DNA from: Escherichia phage vB_EcoM_SCS4 | Length of the DNA: 64,000 nucleotides | Sequence record: ON506924 | Strand: one strand, 5' to 3' | Shown: in pieces, positions 42,723 to 53,854 of the stretch | Numbering within the stretch: the first letter of the stretch is position 1 | Layout of the letters: the number at the start of each line of letters is the position of its first letter | Made by a program: the position numbers and the translations under genes | The notes under the pieces: model-generated | Databases searched by the model: none | What the model was told of the DNA's origin: nothing | Seen by the model: only the letters and a program-made list of their open reading frames with translations

Positions 42723-43376
42723 TTAATACTTGCAAGATTTCACAGTTTCAATGAAAACATTTTTAGCTTTCTGTGAATCAATATTTAAAATTTTTCTATA
42801 AGCCTTTAACTTTATAGAATAATTATTCCAGACTAAATTATCAGTCTGTTCATCGTGTTTATCAATTATATTTAAAAACGAATCAAGCAAGATAAACGTC
42901 TCAAACGAAATTATGTTCGATTGAAGTAGTTTAAAAATATAACTTGATTGAACCTTTGGATTATACTCAAAGATTTCTTTAAAAGCAGAAACTTCAACTT
43001 TTTTACTAAAATAATAAATGTTGCGAATATCTTCTTCAAACTTAAATTTAATTTGCTTTAAGCGTCCGATATATTCACGATAAAACACAAGTGCATCAGC
43101 GTCAGAGATGTCACCAATCCAAGCATCTTGGTTAGCAACCAAATTACTTATAAAGATTAAAGCAAGTTCCTTTAATTTATATTTTTCTGATAACTTCTGG
43201 AAAAAATACTTATCCCTTCGCTTTTGATAAGCGGCATCAGACACCCGCATGCACCAATTATACTTAATAACATCATACTTTCCATTCATATGTTGTTTTA
43301 TCATTAAGTATAATTTATAAACTGATTTACCATCAATATATCTTTCACCACCAGCAGGCATGCGGAGTTTAATCAT
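42723..43376 (-). CDS. 59: Helicase-loading protein gp59
   Basis: 217-aa ORF, T4 gp59 length, downstream of gene 33. Confidence 0.92.
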   Translation of the reverse strand: MIKLRMPAGGERYIDGKSVYKLYLMIKQHMNGKYDVIKYNWCMRVSDAAYQKRRDKYFFQKLSEKYKLKELALIFISNLVANQDAWIGDISDADALVFYREYIGRLKQIKFKFEEDIRNIYYFSKKVEVSAFKEIFEYNPKVQSSYIFKLLQSNIISFETFILLDSFLNIIDKHDEQTDNLVWNNYSIKLKAYRKILNIDSQKAKNVFIETVKSCKY

Positions 43377-43711
43377 AGCAGAAAGTCTAACGTATTCGTT
43401 TTTTCACATCTAACAACAGAAGGACGTAAAAGATTTTCGTCAATGGCTTCTGACTGAATTTTTTCAATTATACCTGAAGGAATAAATTTAGCAAATTGAG
43501 TTTCAGGAATAGAATTTTCTTCCAAGAATGCTGTTGTAGCTTCAAGATAACTCATTCCAAACTCTTCTACCATTTTTTCAATAATAAATCCATTTTCTTG
43601 ACGATCAAGAAGCTTTGCTATTTCATCCTTTTCTTTCTTGATTGAAAGTTCTTTTTCTGAAAGACCGGTCTCATCGACCGGACGAATATCATTTAGAGAA
43701 AACTGTGTCAT
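43373..43711 (-). CDS. 33: Late transcription co-activator gp33
   Basis: 112 aa from the ATG at 43709-43711 (ORF-track start is TTG); stop overlaps the gp59 start. Confidence 0.85.
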   Translation of the reverse strand: MTQFSLNDIRPVDETGLSEKELSIKKEKDEIAKLLDRQENGFIIEKMVEEFGMSYLEATTAFLEENSIPETQFAKFIPSGIIEKIQSEAIDENLLRPSVVRCEKTNTLDFLL

Positions 43712-43958
43712 AAAGTTCAACTACCTCTTCAGTTTCAGCTTCAAACACATCACGATTATCTTTATGATACAAAGCTAACAGACGATTAAACATCTTACCA
43801 TCAACGCCAAGTTCATCTTTAGCACGAATTCGAATATCTTTAATCAGTTCATTATAACCGGAAATTTTCAGTTTATGATCAGATGCTTCTTTAATAAATT
43901 TAGCCAAGTCTTCGCCATGGATAGCTTCATCAAATTCAACCATTTCTTTTTTAGCCAT
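43689..43958 (-). CDS. dsbA: DsbA double-stranded DNA-binding protein
   Basis: 89-aa ORF overlapping the gene 33 start by 23 nt. Confidence 0.85.
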   Translation of the reverse strand: MAKKEMVEFDEAIHGEDLAKFIKEASDHKLKISGYNELIKDIRIRAKDELGVDGKMFNRLLALYHKDNRDVFEAETEEVVELYDTVFSK

Positions 43959-43966
43959 TATTCACC

Positions 43967-44884
43967 TCAAAATTCATTAATGCTGTTAGTTAATTTAGAA
44001 AGACCAGATTTTACAAAATAAGAATAAATTTTGCCACGCGGTGGTAATTTATATGAATTATAGTAATTCACAATGTTTGAAGCAATATTATCAGGAATAT
44101 AATCAAAATCAATTAGAACTAAATTTTCTTTATAACGATTATATTCAGATTCTGTGAGAAGCACCTTAGCTTGTTCACGGTCATTAGCAATAGCTTCAAC
44201 GATTGAAGTTTTCATTGAAGGAGTTCGTTCACCTTCAACTTTGGTAAACCAAAAGTCAGATCGTACTTTAACTGAAGCAACGTTATCCTTTTTGTCACCT
44301 TTAAGGATTTTAGTCATACAGTCAATTTCAGCAGAACCGCTTTTAATTTTAACCCATTTCTTATGCATCGGTGACCATTGCTTAACATTTGGGTATTTGT
44401 GAAGCTGTGTAAAGTCACCATCCGACGAAATGATTAAAATCTTATGTCCTTCTAAAGAGAACTTTTTAACAAGAACAGCAATATGGTCATCTGCTTCATA
44501 CTTATCAATATCCATAACAATGTATGGCATATAAGCTTTCAATTCATCTATAACTTTATGGCTGGATTCAAAATAACCTTCCCAGTCCCAAGTTGATTCT
44601 TCTCGTGCTTTTCCACGGTTTTTCTTATAATAATACGCGAAATCACGACGCCAGTATCCAGATTTCGCATTATCAATACACAGTACAATTTTAGTGTATC
44701 CAAGAGTTTTTGCTTTTTTGACATTAAACTTAATTGAGTTCAATATCAAATGACGAACCATTGATAAATTAATTTTTTCTTTATCTGGAAAGTTTACCAA
44801 AGCAGTTGAAAGCGCAATTTGACTAAAGTCAATAAAGCAAATTCCTTCTTTGTAATCTTCATCCAGCATCATTTCTAAATCCAT
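43967..44884 (-). CDS. rnh: RNase H (5'-3' exonuclease / flap endonuclease)
   Basis: 305 aa from the ATG at 44882-44884 (MDLEMMLDEDYKEG...); ORF-track start is an upstream TTG. Confidence 0.9.
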   Translation of the reverse strand: MDLEMMLDEDYKEGICFIDFSQIALSTALVNFPDKEKINLSMVRHLILNSIKFNVKKAKTLGYTKIVLCIDNAKSGYWRRDFAYYYKKNRGKAREESTWDWEGYFESSHKVIDELKAYMPYIVMDIDKYEADDHIAVLVKKFSLEGHKILIISSDGDFTQLHKYPNVKQWSPMHKKWVKIKSGSAEIDCMTKILKGDKKDNVASVKVRSDFWFTKVEGERTPSMKTSIVEAIANDREQAKVLLTESEYNRYKENLVLIDFDYIPDNIASNIVNYYNSYKLPPRGKIYSYFVKSGLSKLTNSINEF

Positions 44885-44946
44885 ATGAACCTCGTTCAAT
44901 TAGTGAGATTTCTATTATATACTATCNAAATCTTAAAGTAAACANG

Positions 44947-44954
44947 TATAAATA
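44947..44954 (+). promoter_or_regulatory. T4-type late promoter (TATAAATA) for gene 34
   Basis: Exact TATAAATA 35 nt upstream of the gp34 ATG. Confidence 0.6.
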
Positions 44955-44988
44955 CTTATTATTGAAAACANAATAGGAGCCNGNGAGA

Positions 44989-47900
44989 ATGGCCGAGATT
45001 AAAAGAAAGTTCAGAGCAGAAGATGGTCTGGACGCAGGTGGCGATAAAATAATCAACGTAGCTTTAGCTGATCGTGCCGTAGGAACTGACGGTGTTAACG
45101 TTGATTACTTAATTCAAGAAAACACAGTTCAACAATATGATCCAACTCGTGGATATTTAAAAGATTTTGTAATCATTTATGATAACCGCTTTTGGGCTGC
45201 TATAAATGATATTCCAAAACCAGCAGGAGCTTTTAATAGCGTACGCTGGAGAGCATTACGTACTGATGCCGTAATTACAACTGTTTCATCAGGACCTTAT
45301 CAATTAAAATCAGGCGAATCAATTTCAGTTGATACATCAGCTGGTAATGACATTAAATTTACTTTACCACCTTCTCCAATTGATGGAGATACTATCGTTC
45401 TCCAAGACATTGGAGGAAAACCTGGTGTTAACCAAGTTTTAATTACAGCTCCGGTGCAGAGCATTGTAAATTTTAGAGGTCAGCAAGTACGATCAGTACT
45501 AATGACTCATCCAAAATCGCAAATAGTTTTAATTTTTAGTAATCGTCTGTGGCAAATGTATGTTGCTGATTATAGCAGAGAAGCTGTAGTTGTAACACCG
45601 GCAAGTCTTTATCAGGCGCAATCTAACGATTTTATCGTGCGCAGATTTACTTCAGCCGAGACGATTAATATTAAACTTCCGAGATTTGCTAATCATGGCG
45701 ATATTATTAATTTCGTCGATTTGGACAAATTAAATCCACTTTATCATACAATTGTTACTACATACGACGAAACTACTTCAATACAAGAAGATGGAACTCA
45801 TTCCATTGAAGGTCGTACATCGATTGATGGTTTCTTGATGTATGATGATAATGAAAAATTGTGGAGATTGTTTGACGGGGATAGTAAAGCACGTTTACGT
45901 ATTATAACAACTAATTCTAGTATTCGTCCAAATGAAGAAGTTATGGTATTTGGCGCGAATAACGGAACAACCCAAACAATTGAACTTCAGCTTCCAACCG
46001 ATATTTCTATTGGTGATACTGTTAAAATTTCCATGAATTACATGAGAAAAGGCCAAACAGTTAAAATCAAAGCTGCCGGTGAAGATAAAATTGCTTCTTC
46101 AGTTCAATTGCTGCAATTCCCAAAACGCTCAGAGTATCCGCCTGAAACTAAATGGGTGACTGTTCAAGAATTAGTTTTTAACGGCGAAACTAATTATGTT
46201 CCAGTTTTACAGCTTGCTTACATAGAAGATTCTGACGGAAAATACTGGGTTGTACAACAAAACGTTCCAACAGTTGAAAGAGTTGATTCTTTAAATGATT
46301 CTACTAGAGCAAGATTAGGCGTAATAGCTTTAGCTACACAAGCTCAAGCAAATGCTGATTTAGAAAATTCTCCGCAAAAAGAATTAGCAATTACACCAGA
46401 AACATTAGCTAATCGTACTGCTACAGAAACTCGTAGAGGTATCGCAAGAATAGCAACTACTGCTCAAGTGAACCAGGACACTACATTCTCTTTTGCTGAT
46501 GATATTATCATCACTCCTAAAAAGCTGAATGAAAGAACTGCTACAGAAACTCGTAGAGGTGTTGCTGAAATTGCTACACAGCAAGAAACTAATGCAGGTA
46601 CTGATGATGCTACAATCATCACTCCTAAAAAGCTTCAAGCTCGACAAGGTTCTGAATCATTATCTGGTATTGTAACTTTTGTATCTACTGCAGGTGCTAC
46701 TCCAGCTTCTAGCCGTGAATTAAATGGTACGAATGTTTATAATAAAAACACTAATAATTTAGTTGTTTCACCTAAAGCTTTGGATCAGTATAAAGCTACT
46801 CCAACGCAGCAAGGTGCAGTAATTTTAGCAGTTGAAAGTGAAGTAATTGCTGGACAGAGTCAAGAAGGATGGGCAAATGCGGTTGTAACGCCAGAAACGT
46901 TACATAAAAAGACATCAACTGATGGAAGAATTGGTTTAATTGAAATTGCTACACAAAGTGAAGTTAATACAGGAACTGATTATACTCGTGCAGTCACTCC
47001 TAAAACTTTAAATGACCGTAGAGCAACTGAAAGTTTAAGTGGTATAGCTGAAATTGCTACGCAAGTTGAATTCGACGCAGGCGTCGACGATACTCGTATC
47101 TCTACACCATTAAAAATTAAAACCAGATTTAATAGTACTGATCGTACTTCTGTTGCTGCTCTATCTGGATTAGTTGAATCAGGAACTCTCTGGGACCATT
47201 ATACCCTTAATATTCTTGAAGCAAATGAGACACAGCGTGGTACACTTCGTGTAGCTACACAAGTTGAAGCTGCTGCAGGAACATTAGATAATGTTTTAAT
47301 AACTCCTAAAAAGCTTTTAGGTACTAAATCTACCGAATCGCAAGAAGGTGTTATTAAAGTTGCAACTCAGTCTGAAACTGTGACTGGAACGTCAGCAAAT
47401 ACTGCTGTATCTCCAAAAAATTTAAAATGGATTGTGCAGAGTGAACCTACTTGGGCAGCAACTACTCTGATAAGAGGTTTTGTTAAAACTTCGTCTGGTT
47501 CAATTACATTCGTTGGTAATGATACAGCCGGTTCTACCCAAGATTTAGAACTGTATGAGAAAAATAACTATGCAGTATCACCATATGAATTAAACCGCGT
47601 ATTAGCAAATTATTTGCCGTTAAAAGCAAAAGCGGTAGATAGTAATTTATTGGATGGTCTAGATTCACTCCAGTTCATTCGTAGGGATATTGCACAGACT
47701 GTTAATGGTTCACTAACCTTAACCCAACAAACGAATCTGAGTGCCCCTCTTGTATCATCTAGTACTGCTACGTTTGGTGGTTCAGTTTCGGCAAATAGTA
47801 CATTAATTATTTCTAATACTGGTACGGCAACTCGTCTGATTTTTGAGAAAGGACCTCAAACTGGAACAAACCCGGCTCAAACGATGACAGTCAGAGTGTG

Positions 47901-48858
47901 GGGAAATCAATTTAGTGGGGAATCAGACACAACACGTTCTACCGTATTTGAAGTTAGTGATGAAACGTCTAGTCATTTTTATTCTCAGCGTAATAAAGCT
48001 GGAAATATAACATTTAATATCAACGGTACAGTAACACCGATAAATGTTAATGCTTCAGGAACATTGAATGCAAATGGCGTAGCAACATTTGGTAATTCAG
48101 TCACTGCAACTGGTGAAATTATTTCTCGAAGCGCAAATGCCTTTAGAGCGATAAACGGTGATTATGGATTCTTTATCAGGAATGGTGGGTCAGCATCAAA
48201 TTTTATGCTCACTGAATCTGGCGACCAGACCGGTGGATTTAATGGATTACGTCCTTTATCTATTAATAATGCATCTGGTCAAGTAACGATTGGTGAAAGC
48301 TTAATCATTGCCAAAGGTGCTACTATAAGTTCAGGCGGTTTAACTGTCAACTCGAGAATTTGTTCTCAAGGTACTAAAACCTCTGATTTATATACCCGTG
48401 CGCCAACATCTGATACCGTAGGATTCTGGTCAATCGATATTAATGATTCAGCCACTTATAACCAGTTCCCGGGTTATTTTAAAATGGTTGAAAAAACTAA
48501 TGAAGTGACTGGACTTCCATATTTAGAACGCGGCGAAGAGGTTAAATCTCCTGGTACGCTGACTCAGTTTGGTAACACACTCGATTCGCTTTATCAAGAT
48601 TGGATTACTTATCCAACGACTCCAGAAGCACGCACCACTCGCTGGACACGCACATGGCAGAAAACCAAAAACTCTTGGTCAAGTTTTGTTCAGGTATTTG
48701 ATGGGGGTAACCCTCCTCAGCCGTCTGATATCGGTGCTTTACCATCTGATAATGCTATAATGGGGAATCTTACTATTCGTGATTTCTTACGAATTGGTAA
48801 TGTTCGCATTATTCCTGACCCAGTGAATAAAACGGTTAAATTTGAATGGGTTGAATAA
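44989..48858 (+). CDS. 34: Long tail fiber proximal subunit gp34
   Basis: 1289-aa ORF (T4 gp34 length) with internal tandem repeats. Confidence 0.95.
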   Translation: MAEIKRKFRAEDGLDAGGDKIINVALADRAVGTDGVNVDYLIQENTVQQYDPTRGYLKDFVIIYDNRFWAAINDIPKPAGAFNSVRWRALRTDAVITTVSSGPYQLKSGESISVDTSAGNDIKFTLPPSPIDGDTIVLQDIGGKPGVNQVLITAPVQSIVNFRGQQVRSVLMTHPKSQIVLIFSNRLWQMYVADYSREAVVVTPASLYQAQSNDFIVRRFTSAETINIKLPRFANHGDIINFVDLDKLNPLYHTIVTTYDETTSIQEDGTHSIEGRTSIDGFLMYDDNEKLWRLFDGDSKARLRIITTNSSIRPNEEVMVFGANNGTTQTIELQLPTDISIGDTVKISMNYMRKGQTVKIKAAGEDKIASSVQLLQFPKRSEYPPETKWVTVQELVFNGETNYVPVLQLAYIEDSDGKYWVVQQNVPTVERVDSLNDSTRARLGVIALATQAQANADLENSPQKELAITPETLANRTATETRRGIARIATTAQVNQDTTFSFADDIIITPKKLNERTATETRRGVAEIATQQETNAGTDDATIITPKKLQARQGSESLSGIVTFVSTAGATPASSRELNGTNVYNKNTNNLVVSPKALDQYKATPTQQGAVILAVESEVIAGQSQEGWANAVVTPETLHKKTSTDGRIGLIEIATQSEVNTGTDYTRAVTPKTLNDRRATESLSGIAEIATQVEFDAGVDDTRISTPLKIKTRFNSTDRTSVAALSGLVESGTLWDHYTLNILEANETQRGTLRVATQVEAAAGTLDNVLITPKKLLGTKSTESQEGVIKVATQSETVTGTSANTAVSPKNLKWIVQSEPTWAATTLIRGFVKTSSGSITFVGNDTAGSTQDLELYEKNNYAVSPYELNRVLANYLPLKAKAVDSNLLDGLDSLQFIRRDIAQTVNGSLTLTQQTNLSAPLVSSSTATFGGSVSANSTLIISNTGTATRLIFEKGPQTGTNPAQTMTVRVWGNQFSGESDTTRSTVFEVSDETSSHFYSQRNKAGNITFNINGTVTPINVNASGTLNANGVATFGNSVTATGEIISRSANAFRAINGDYGFFIRNGGSASNFMLTESGDQTGGFNGLRPLSINNASGQVTIGESLIIAKGATISSGGLTVNSRICSQGTKTSDLYTRAPTSDTVGFWSIDINDSATYNQFPGYFKMVEKTNEVTGLPYLERGEEVKSPGTLTQFGNTLDSLYQDWITYPTTPEARTTRWTRTWQKTKNSWSSFVQVFDGGNPPQPSDIGALPSDNAIMGNLTIRDFLRIGNVRIIPDPVNKTVKFEWVE
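46381..47420 (+). repeat. Imperfect tandem coding repeats (~120-nt period) inside gene 34
   Basis: ctgctacagaaactcgtagaggt at 46419-46441 and 46539-46561; protein repeats of the form TAxExRRGxAxIATQ...TPKKL. Confidence 0.5.
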
Positions 48859-48866
48859 GAGGTATT

Positions 48867-49982
48867 ATGGAAAAATTTATGGCAGAGTTTGGACAAGGAT
48901 ATGTCCAAACGCCATTTTTATCGGAAAGCAATTCAGTAAGATATAAAATAAGTATAGCGGGTTCTTGCCCGCTTTCTACTGCGGGACCATATGTTAAATT
49001 TCAGGATAATCCTATCGGAAGTCAAACATTTAACGCAGGTCTTCATTTAAGAGTTTTTGACCCTTCTACAGGAGCATTAGTTGATAGTAAGTCATATGCT
49101 TTTTCGACTTCAAATGATACTACATCAGCTGCTTTTGTTAGTTTCATGAATTCTTTTTCAAACAACAGACTTGTTGCTATATTAACCAGTGGAAAGGTTA
49201 ATTTTCCTCCTGAGGTAGTGTCTTGGCTAAGAGCCGCGGGAACGTCTGCCTTTCCATCTGATTCTATATTGTCAAGATTTGACGTATCATATGCTGCTTT
49301 TTACACTTCTTCTAAAAGAGCTATCGCATTAGAGCATGTTAAACTAAGTAATAGAAAAAGCACAGATGACTATCAAACTATTTTAGATGTTGTATTTGAC
49401 AGTTTAGAAGACGTCGGAGCTACGGGATTTCCTAAAAGAACTTATGAAAGCGTTGAGCAATTTATGTCAGCGGTTGGTGGAAATAATAACGAAATTGCAC
49501 GTTTACCAACTTCATCCGCGATAAGTAAACTCTCTGATTATAATTTAATTCCTGGCGATGTTCTTTATCTTAAAGCACAGCTATATGCTGATGCCGATTT
49601 ACTTGCGCTTGGAACTACAAATATATCTATCCGTTTTTATGATGAATCGAATGGATATATTTCTTCAACACATGCTGAGTTTACTGGACAAGCTGAGTCA
49701 TGGGAATTAAAGGAAGATTATGTAGTTATTCCAGAAAATGCAGTAGGATTTACGATATATGCACAAAGAACTGCCCAAGCAGGTCAAGGTGGCATGAGAA
49801 ATTTAAGCTTTTCTGAAGTATCAAGAAACGGCGGAATTTCAAAACCTGCTGAATTTGGCGTCAATGGTATTCGAGTTAATTACGTCTGTGAATCTGCTTC
49901 ACCTCCGGATATAATGGTACTTCCTACGCAAGCATCGTCTAAAACTGGTAAAGTGTTTGGGCAAGAATTTAGAGAAGTTTAA
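48867..49982 (+). CDS. 35: Long tail fiber hinge protein gp35
   Basis: 371-aa ORF between 34 and 36. Confidence 0.9.
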   Translation: MEKFMAEFGQGYVQTPFLSESNSVRYKISIAGSCPLSTAGPYVKFQDNPIGSQTFNAGLHLRVFDPSTGALVDSKSYAFSTSNDTTSAAFVSFMNSFSNNRLVAILTSGKVNFPPEVVSWLRAAGTSAFPSDSILSRFDVSYAAFYTSSKRAIALEHVKLSNRKSTDDYQTILDVVFDSLEDVGATGFPKRTYESVEQFMSAVGGNNNEIARLPTSSAISKLSDYNLIPGDVLYLKAQLYADADLLALGTTNISIRFYDESNGYISSTHAEFTGQAESWELKEDYVVIPENAVGFTIYAQRTAQAGQGGMRNLSFSEVSRNGGISKPAEFGVNGIRVNYVCESASPPDIMVLPTQASSKTGKVFGQEFREV

Positions 49983-49987
49983 ATTGA

Positions 49988-50011
49988 GGGAGCCTTCGGG
50001 TTCCCTTTTTC
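49988..50011 (+). terminator. Rho-independent terminator after gene 35
   Basis: gggagcc-ttcg-ggttccc stem followed by TTTTT. Confidence 0.55.
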
Positions 50012-50013
50012 TT

Positions 50014-50021
50014 TATAAATA
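50014..50021 (+). promoter_or_regulatory. T4-type late promoter (TATAAATA) for genes 36-37-38
   Basis: Exact TATAAATA 24 nt upstream of the gp36 ATG. Confidence 0.6.
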
Positions 50022-50044
50022 CTATTAAAATAAAGGGGCATACA

Positions 50045-50734
50045 ATGGCTGATTTAAAAGTAGGTTCAACAACTGGAGGCTCTGTCATTTGGCATCAAGG
50101 AAATTTTCCATTGAATCCAGCCGGTGACGATGTACTCTATAAATCATTTAAAATATATTCAGAATATAATAAACCACAGGCAGCTGATAATGATTTCGTT
50201 TCTAAAGCTAATGGTGGCACAAAGTCTAGAGGTTTCCAAAAAGAAGTAGAATTTAAAGAAGGCGTTAAGATTTCTGCGACGTTTTCTGGTGGTTCAGACC
50301 TGAATGGGTTATATTCTGGCAATGGAGATGGAGCTTCCAGAGAAAAAGCTAACATGGATTTACATTCATGGTACGGCATTGGTATTTGGAATACATGCAC
50401 AGGTGATGGGGTCCAGGGACGCACAATCTGGTTTAATGCCAGGCGTGGTACAATTGAAACAGTTGGCGATATTGTTTCAGGCCGACAAGTTATTTCTAAT
50501 GCTTCAGTACCGACCGGCCCAGCACACTTAACTCGCAAAGATTATGTCGATGGAGCAATAAATACTGTTACGACAAATGCAAACTCTAGAGTGTTACGAT
50601 CTGGTGACACTATGACAGGTAATTTAACAGCACCAAACTTTTTCTCGCAGAATCCTGCATCTCAACCCTCACATGTTCCACGATTTGACCAAATCGTGAT
50701 TAAGGATTCTGTTCAAGATTTCGGCTATTATTAA
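50045..50734 (+). CDS. 36: Long tail fiber distal connector gp36
   Basis: 229-aa ORF beginning [21 protein letters not shown]. Confidence 0.9.
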   Translation: MADLKVGSTTGGSVIWHQGNFPLNPAGDDVLYKSFKIYSEYNKPQAADNDFVSKANGGTKSRGFQKEVEFKEGVKISATFSGGSDLNGLYSGNGDGASREKANMDLHSWYGIGIWNTCTGDGVQGRTIWFNARRGTIETVGDIVSGRQVISNASVPTGPAHLTRKDYVDGAINTVTTNANSRVLRSGDTMTGNLTAPNFFSQNPASQPSHVPRFDQIVIKDSVQDFGYY

Positions 50735-50742
50735 GAGGACTT

Positions 50743-53700
50743 ATGGCTACTTTAAAACAAATACAATTTAAAAGAAGCAAAACTGCAGGTCAACTTCCTG
50801 CTGCTTCAGTATTAGCCGAAGGTGAATTGGCTATTAATTTAAAAGATAAAACAATTTTCACAAAAGATGACTCAGGCAATGTTATAGAATTAGGTTTAAA
50901 ATATGGAGGAACAATTGATGGTTCTTTAACTGTTAATGGAAATATAATTGGAAATTTAACAGGTAACGCTGCAACTGCAACGAAATTAAAAACAGCACGA
51001 AAAATTAATGGTATATCCTTTGATGGGTCAAAAGATATCACGCTAACTCCATCTGACATAAATGTCAATAGCACAACGTTTATAAAAAATAACGGCGAAT
51101 TACCTGTTGACGCTAATTTAGATGAATATGGGCCCACTGAAGAGTATCTTGGCGTTTGGTCGAAATCTACTTCAACAAATGCGCAACCGGCAAATAAATT
51201 CCCAGAAGAAAATGCCGTAGGTGTACTAGAAGTATTTGTGGCCGGTCAATTTGCTGGTACTCAGAGATATACTGTAAGATCTGGTAACGTATATGTTCGA
51301 TCTTTGTCTGCTAAATGGAACGGTGTTAACGGTCCGTGGGGAGTTTGGCGTAATGTTCAAGCGTCAACTCGTCCACTTTCACAAACGATTGACCTTGATA
51401 GCTTGGGAGAATTAGAACATTGCGGCTTATGGCGAAATAGTTCAAGTTCTATCGCATCGTTTGACCGTCATTATCCAGAAGAAGGAGCAGCCGCACAAGG
51501 ATTTTTGGAAATTTTTGAGGGTGGTTTATACACAAGAACTCAACGTTATACAACTAGATTTGGTGTTGTTTATACTCGCTGTCTTGCTGCTGCATGGGAT
51601 GCATCTGCGCCTAAATGGGGACCGTGGCAACAAGTCGGTAATGTCACACCGGCGACTTTCTATGACGGAGACCTGAATGATTTTAAAGCTCCTGGGTTAT
51701 ATAACATTTTAGGCACTGATGCCGTTATTAACTGTCCTACAGGTGAAGGTTTGCCGACTGTTATTGTTGGTTTGCTGGAAGTTAAACAGCGTGCTTCTGG
51801 CGGTGCTATTTTCCAAAAATTTACTACTGCCGGAACGGCTTCAACTACTCGCGATCGTATTTTTGAGCGTGCATATACTGGTGGTGCGTGGGGTGCATGG
51901 AACGAAGTATATACATCTTATTCTCTGCCAATTACTTTGGGTATGGGTGGTATTAAAGCTCAATTAGCGGAGTTAGATTGGCAAACCTTTGATTTTGTCC
52001 CTGGTAGTATGTTTAGTGTTCCTTTGAACAAAATAAAGAATATGCCAGCAAATATGGATTGGGGCACGATTGATGGAAACCTGGTTATGTTTTCCGTTGG
52101 TCCTAGCGAACGCACTAGCACAGGACGTACTGTTCAGATTTGGCGCGGCACCGTATCCCAGACAAACTACCGTTATTTTGTCGTTCGTGTGTTCGGTAAT
52201 TCTGGAAATAGAACTTGCACAGTTCGTCGTGTTGTTCTTGAAGATGGTCGCCACACATGGACAGCTCAACAAGATTTTAATGGCGCAGTTAACTTTAACT
52301 CTACTGTTAACCTTAATAACACTACCACATTTAAAACAGAAGTTAAATTTCGCTCATTGAATGCATTCCGTATGTATGGCGGAAAATTTGGTACATTTTT
52401 ACGTAATGATGGAGAGAGTCTTTATATTCTTTCCACCGACGAAGATGATCAACATGGAAACTTTAATACAAATAGACCTTTCCGTTATGAATTAAGAACT
52501 GGTGATGTTACTTTGGGTGGTGCTAGTGGTGCTAACGTTTTAAAATTAAAACGTGATTCTCTCACCGCATTTTTTGGTGGTGATATTAACATGAAAGGCA
52601 CGATGACTTTTGACGCCGGACGTTTAGGATCACGAGATTATTTTAAATTTAACCATTGGGGTGATAGTAATAATGCTCGTGATAACATTATTCAGTTAGA
52701 AGATAGCAAAGGCGTTCATTTTTCCACTGAACGTACTTTAGCGACTGGTGCAATTAAAACTAGATTCTTTGGCGAAACATTCACTGACGGGACATTATAC
52801 CTAAATCAGATGAATAATAGTTCTGAACGATTCTCTATCAACAATTGGGGAAGTTCAGAAGTTGGTCGCGCGGCAGTATTGGAAGTCGGCGATTCCAAAG
52901 GTTATCACTTCTATACGGAACGTAGAACAGATGACACCGTTTTATTTTCTGTAGCTGGTGCTTTGACCGTGCGTGGACCTAACGGAATAACCATCAAAAA
53001 CTCAACTGGTGCACGCCATATCTGGTTTAGAGATGACAGCGAATCGGAAAAGGCTGTTATTTGGGCGACCGATGAGGGTATTTTACATATTCGCAATAAC
53101 AACGGTGGACAATTTAGTCATCACTTCCAGGGCGCAATGATTAAACTGGAAGGGCGTGTTCCTTATGATGCAACAAAGGGGATTATCCGTGGTGAAGTTG
53201 ATGGTGGTGCATATGTTGCATGGAGAGACCGCCCTGCTGGTTTGTTGGTTGACTGCCAGAAAAGTATTGACAGTGCTCATGCTGTTTGGAAAGCGGTTGA
53301 TTGGGGGCGTCAATATATCGCTGCTATGGACGTTCACTGTCCGGGTGATGGTAATAATACTGCGACAGCGATTCTTCATGTTCAGGCTGCTGATTATCAA
53401 TTCCACGCAAGCGGAGAATTCGTTACCAGTGGTAACGGAAACTTTAACGATGTGTATATTCGTTCTGACCGTCGTCTGAAAATTAATGTTGAAGATTATA
53501 CCGGAAATGCGTTAAGTTTGATTGGTAAGCTGAAAGTGAAAACTTACGATAAAGTTAAATCTCTTAAGGACCGTGAAATTATCGGTCATGAGATTGGCAT
53601 TATCGCACAGGATTTACAAGAAATATTACCGGAAGCGGTGAAATCTTCAAAAGTTGGCAATCTTGATAATCCAGACGATGTTCTGACAATTTCTAACTCG

Positions 53701-53817
53701 GCAGTGAATGCTCTTTTAATTAAGGCTATTCAGGAAATGAGTGAAGAAATTAAAGAATTGAAAACTCCTTTCTTTACTAAAATTGCTCGCAAAATTAGTA
53801 AATATTTTAAATTCTAA
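50743..53817 (+). CDS. 37: Long tail fiber distal subunit gp37 (T2-type, with C-terminal chaperone-like domain)
   Basis: 1024-aa ORF; N-terminus conserved with gp36/gp34-type repeats; C-terminal ~117 aa resemble an intramolecular chaperone domain. Confidence 0.93.
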   Translation: MATLKQIQFKRSKTAGQLPAASVLAEGELAINLKDKTIFTKDDSGNVIELGLKYGGTIDGSLTVNGNIIGNLTGNAATATKLKTARKINGISFDGSKDITLTPSDINVNSTTFIKNNGELPVDANLDEYGPTEEYLGVWSKSTSTNAQPANKFPEENAVGVLEVFVAGQFAGTQRYTVRSGNVYVRSLSAKWNGVNGPWGVWRNVQASTRPLSQTIDLDSLGELEHCGLWRNSSSSIASFDRHYPEEGAAAQGFLEIFEGGLYTRTQRYTTRFGVVYTRCLAAAWDASAPKWGPWQQVGNVTPATFYDGDLNDFKAPGLYNILGTDAVINCPTGEGLPTVIVGLLEVKQRASGGAIFQKFTTAGTASTTRDRIFERAYTGGAWGAWNEVYTSYSLPITLGMGGIKAQLAELDWQTFDFVPGSMFSVPLNKIKNMPANMDWGTIDGNLVMFSVGPSERTSTGRTVQIWRGTVSQTNYRYFVVRVFGNSGNRTCTVRRVVLEDGRHTWTAQQDFNGAVNFNSTVNLNNTTTFKTEVKFRSLNAFRMYGGKFGTFLRNDGESLYILSTDEDDQHGNFNTNRPFRYELRTGDVTLGGASGANVLKLKRDSLTAFFGGDINMKGTMTFDAGRLGSRDYFKFNHWGDSNNARDNIIQLEDSKGVHFSTERTLATGAIKTRFFGETFTDGTLYLNQMNNSSERFSINNWGSSEVGRAAVLEVGDSKGYHFYTERRTDDTVLFSVAGALTVRGPNGITIKNSTGARHIWFRDDSESEKAVIWATDEGILHIRNNNGGQFSHHFQGAMIKLEGRVPYDATKGIIRGEVDGGAYVAWRDRPAGLLVDCQKSIDSAHAVWKAVDWGRQYIAAMDVHCPGDGNNTATAILHVQAADYQFHASGEFVTSGNGNFNDVYIRSDRRLKINVEDYTGNALSLIGKLKVKTYDKVKSLKDREIIGHEIGIIAQDLQEILPEAVKSSKVGNLDNPDDVLTISNSAVNALLIKAIQEMSEEIKELKTPFFTKIARKISKYFKF
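53464..53814 (+). other. Candidate autoproteolytic intramolecular chaperone domain at the gp37 C-terminus
   Basis: Segment begins [14 protein letters not shown]... and ends in a helical [21 protein letters not shown] tail; resembles S74-type chaperone domains of other fibers; assignment by motif recall only. Confidence 0.4.
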
Positions 53818-53823
53818 CAACAA

Positions 53824-53839
53824 GGGGGCAACGCCCCCC
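53824..53839 (+). terminator. GC hairpin after gene 37
   Basis: gggggc-aac-gccccc stem-loop, weak T-run. Confidence 0.4.
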
Positions 53840-53854
53840 TTTGGAGTATAAATT

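Noticed and set aside
53847-53854. TATAAATT late-promoter-like motif immediately before the gene 38 ATG
   Set aside because: It is one mismatch from TATAAATA and abuts the start codon, leaving no room for a leader or RBS; more likely part of the RBS region of a co-transcribed gene
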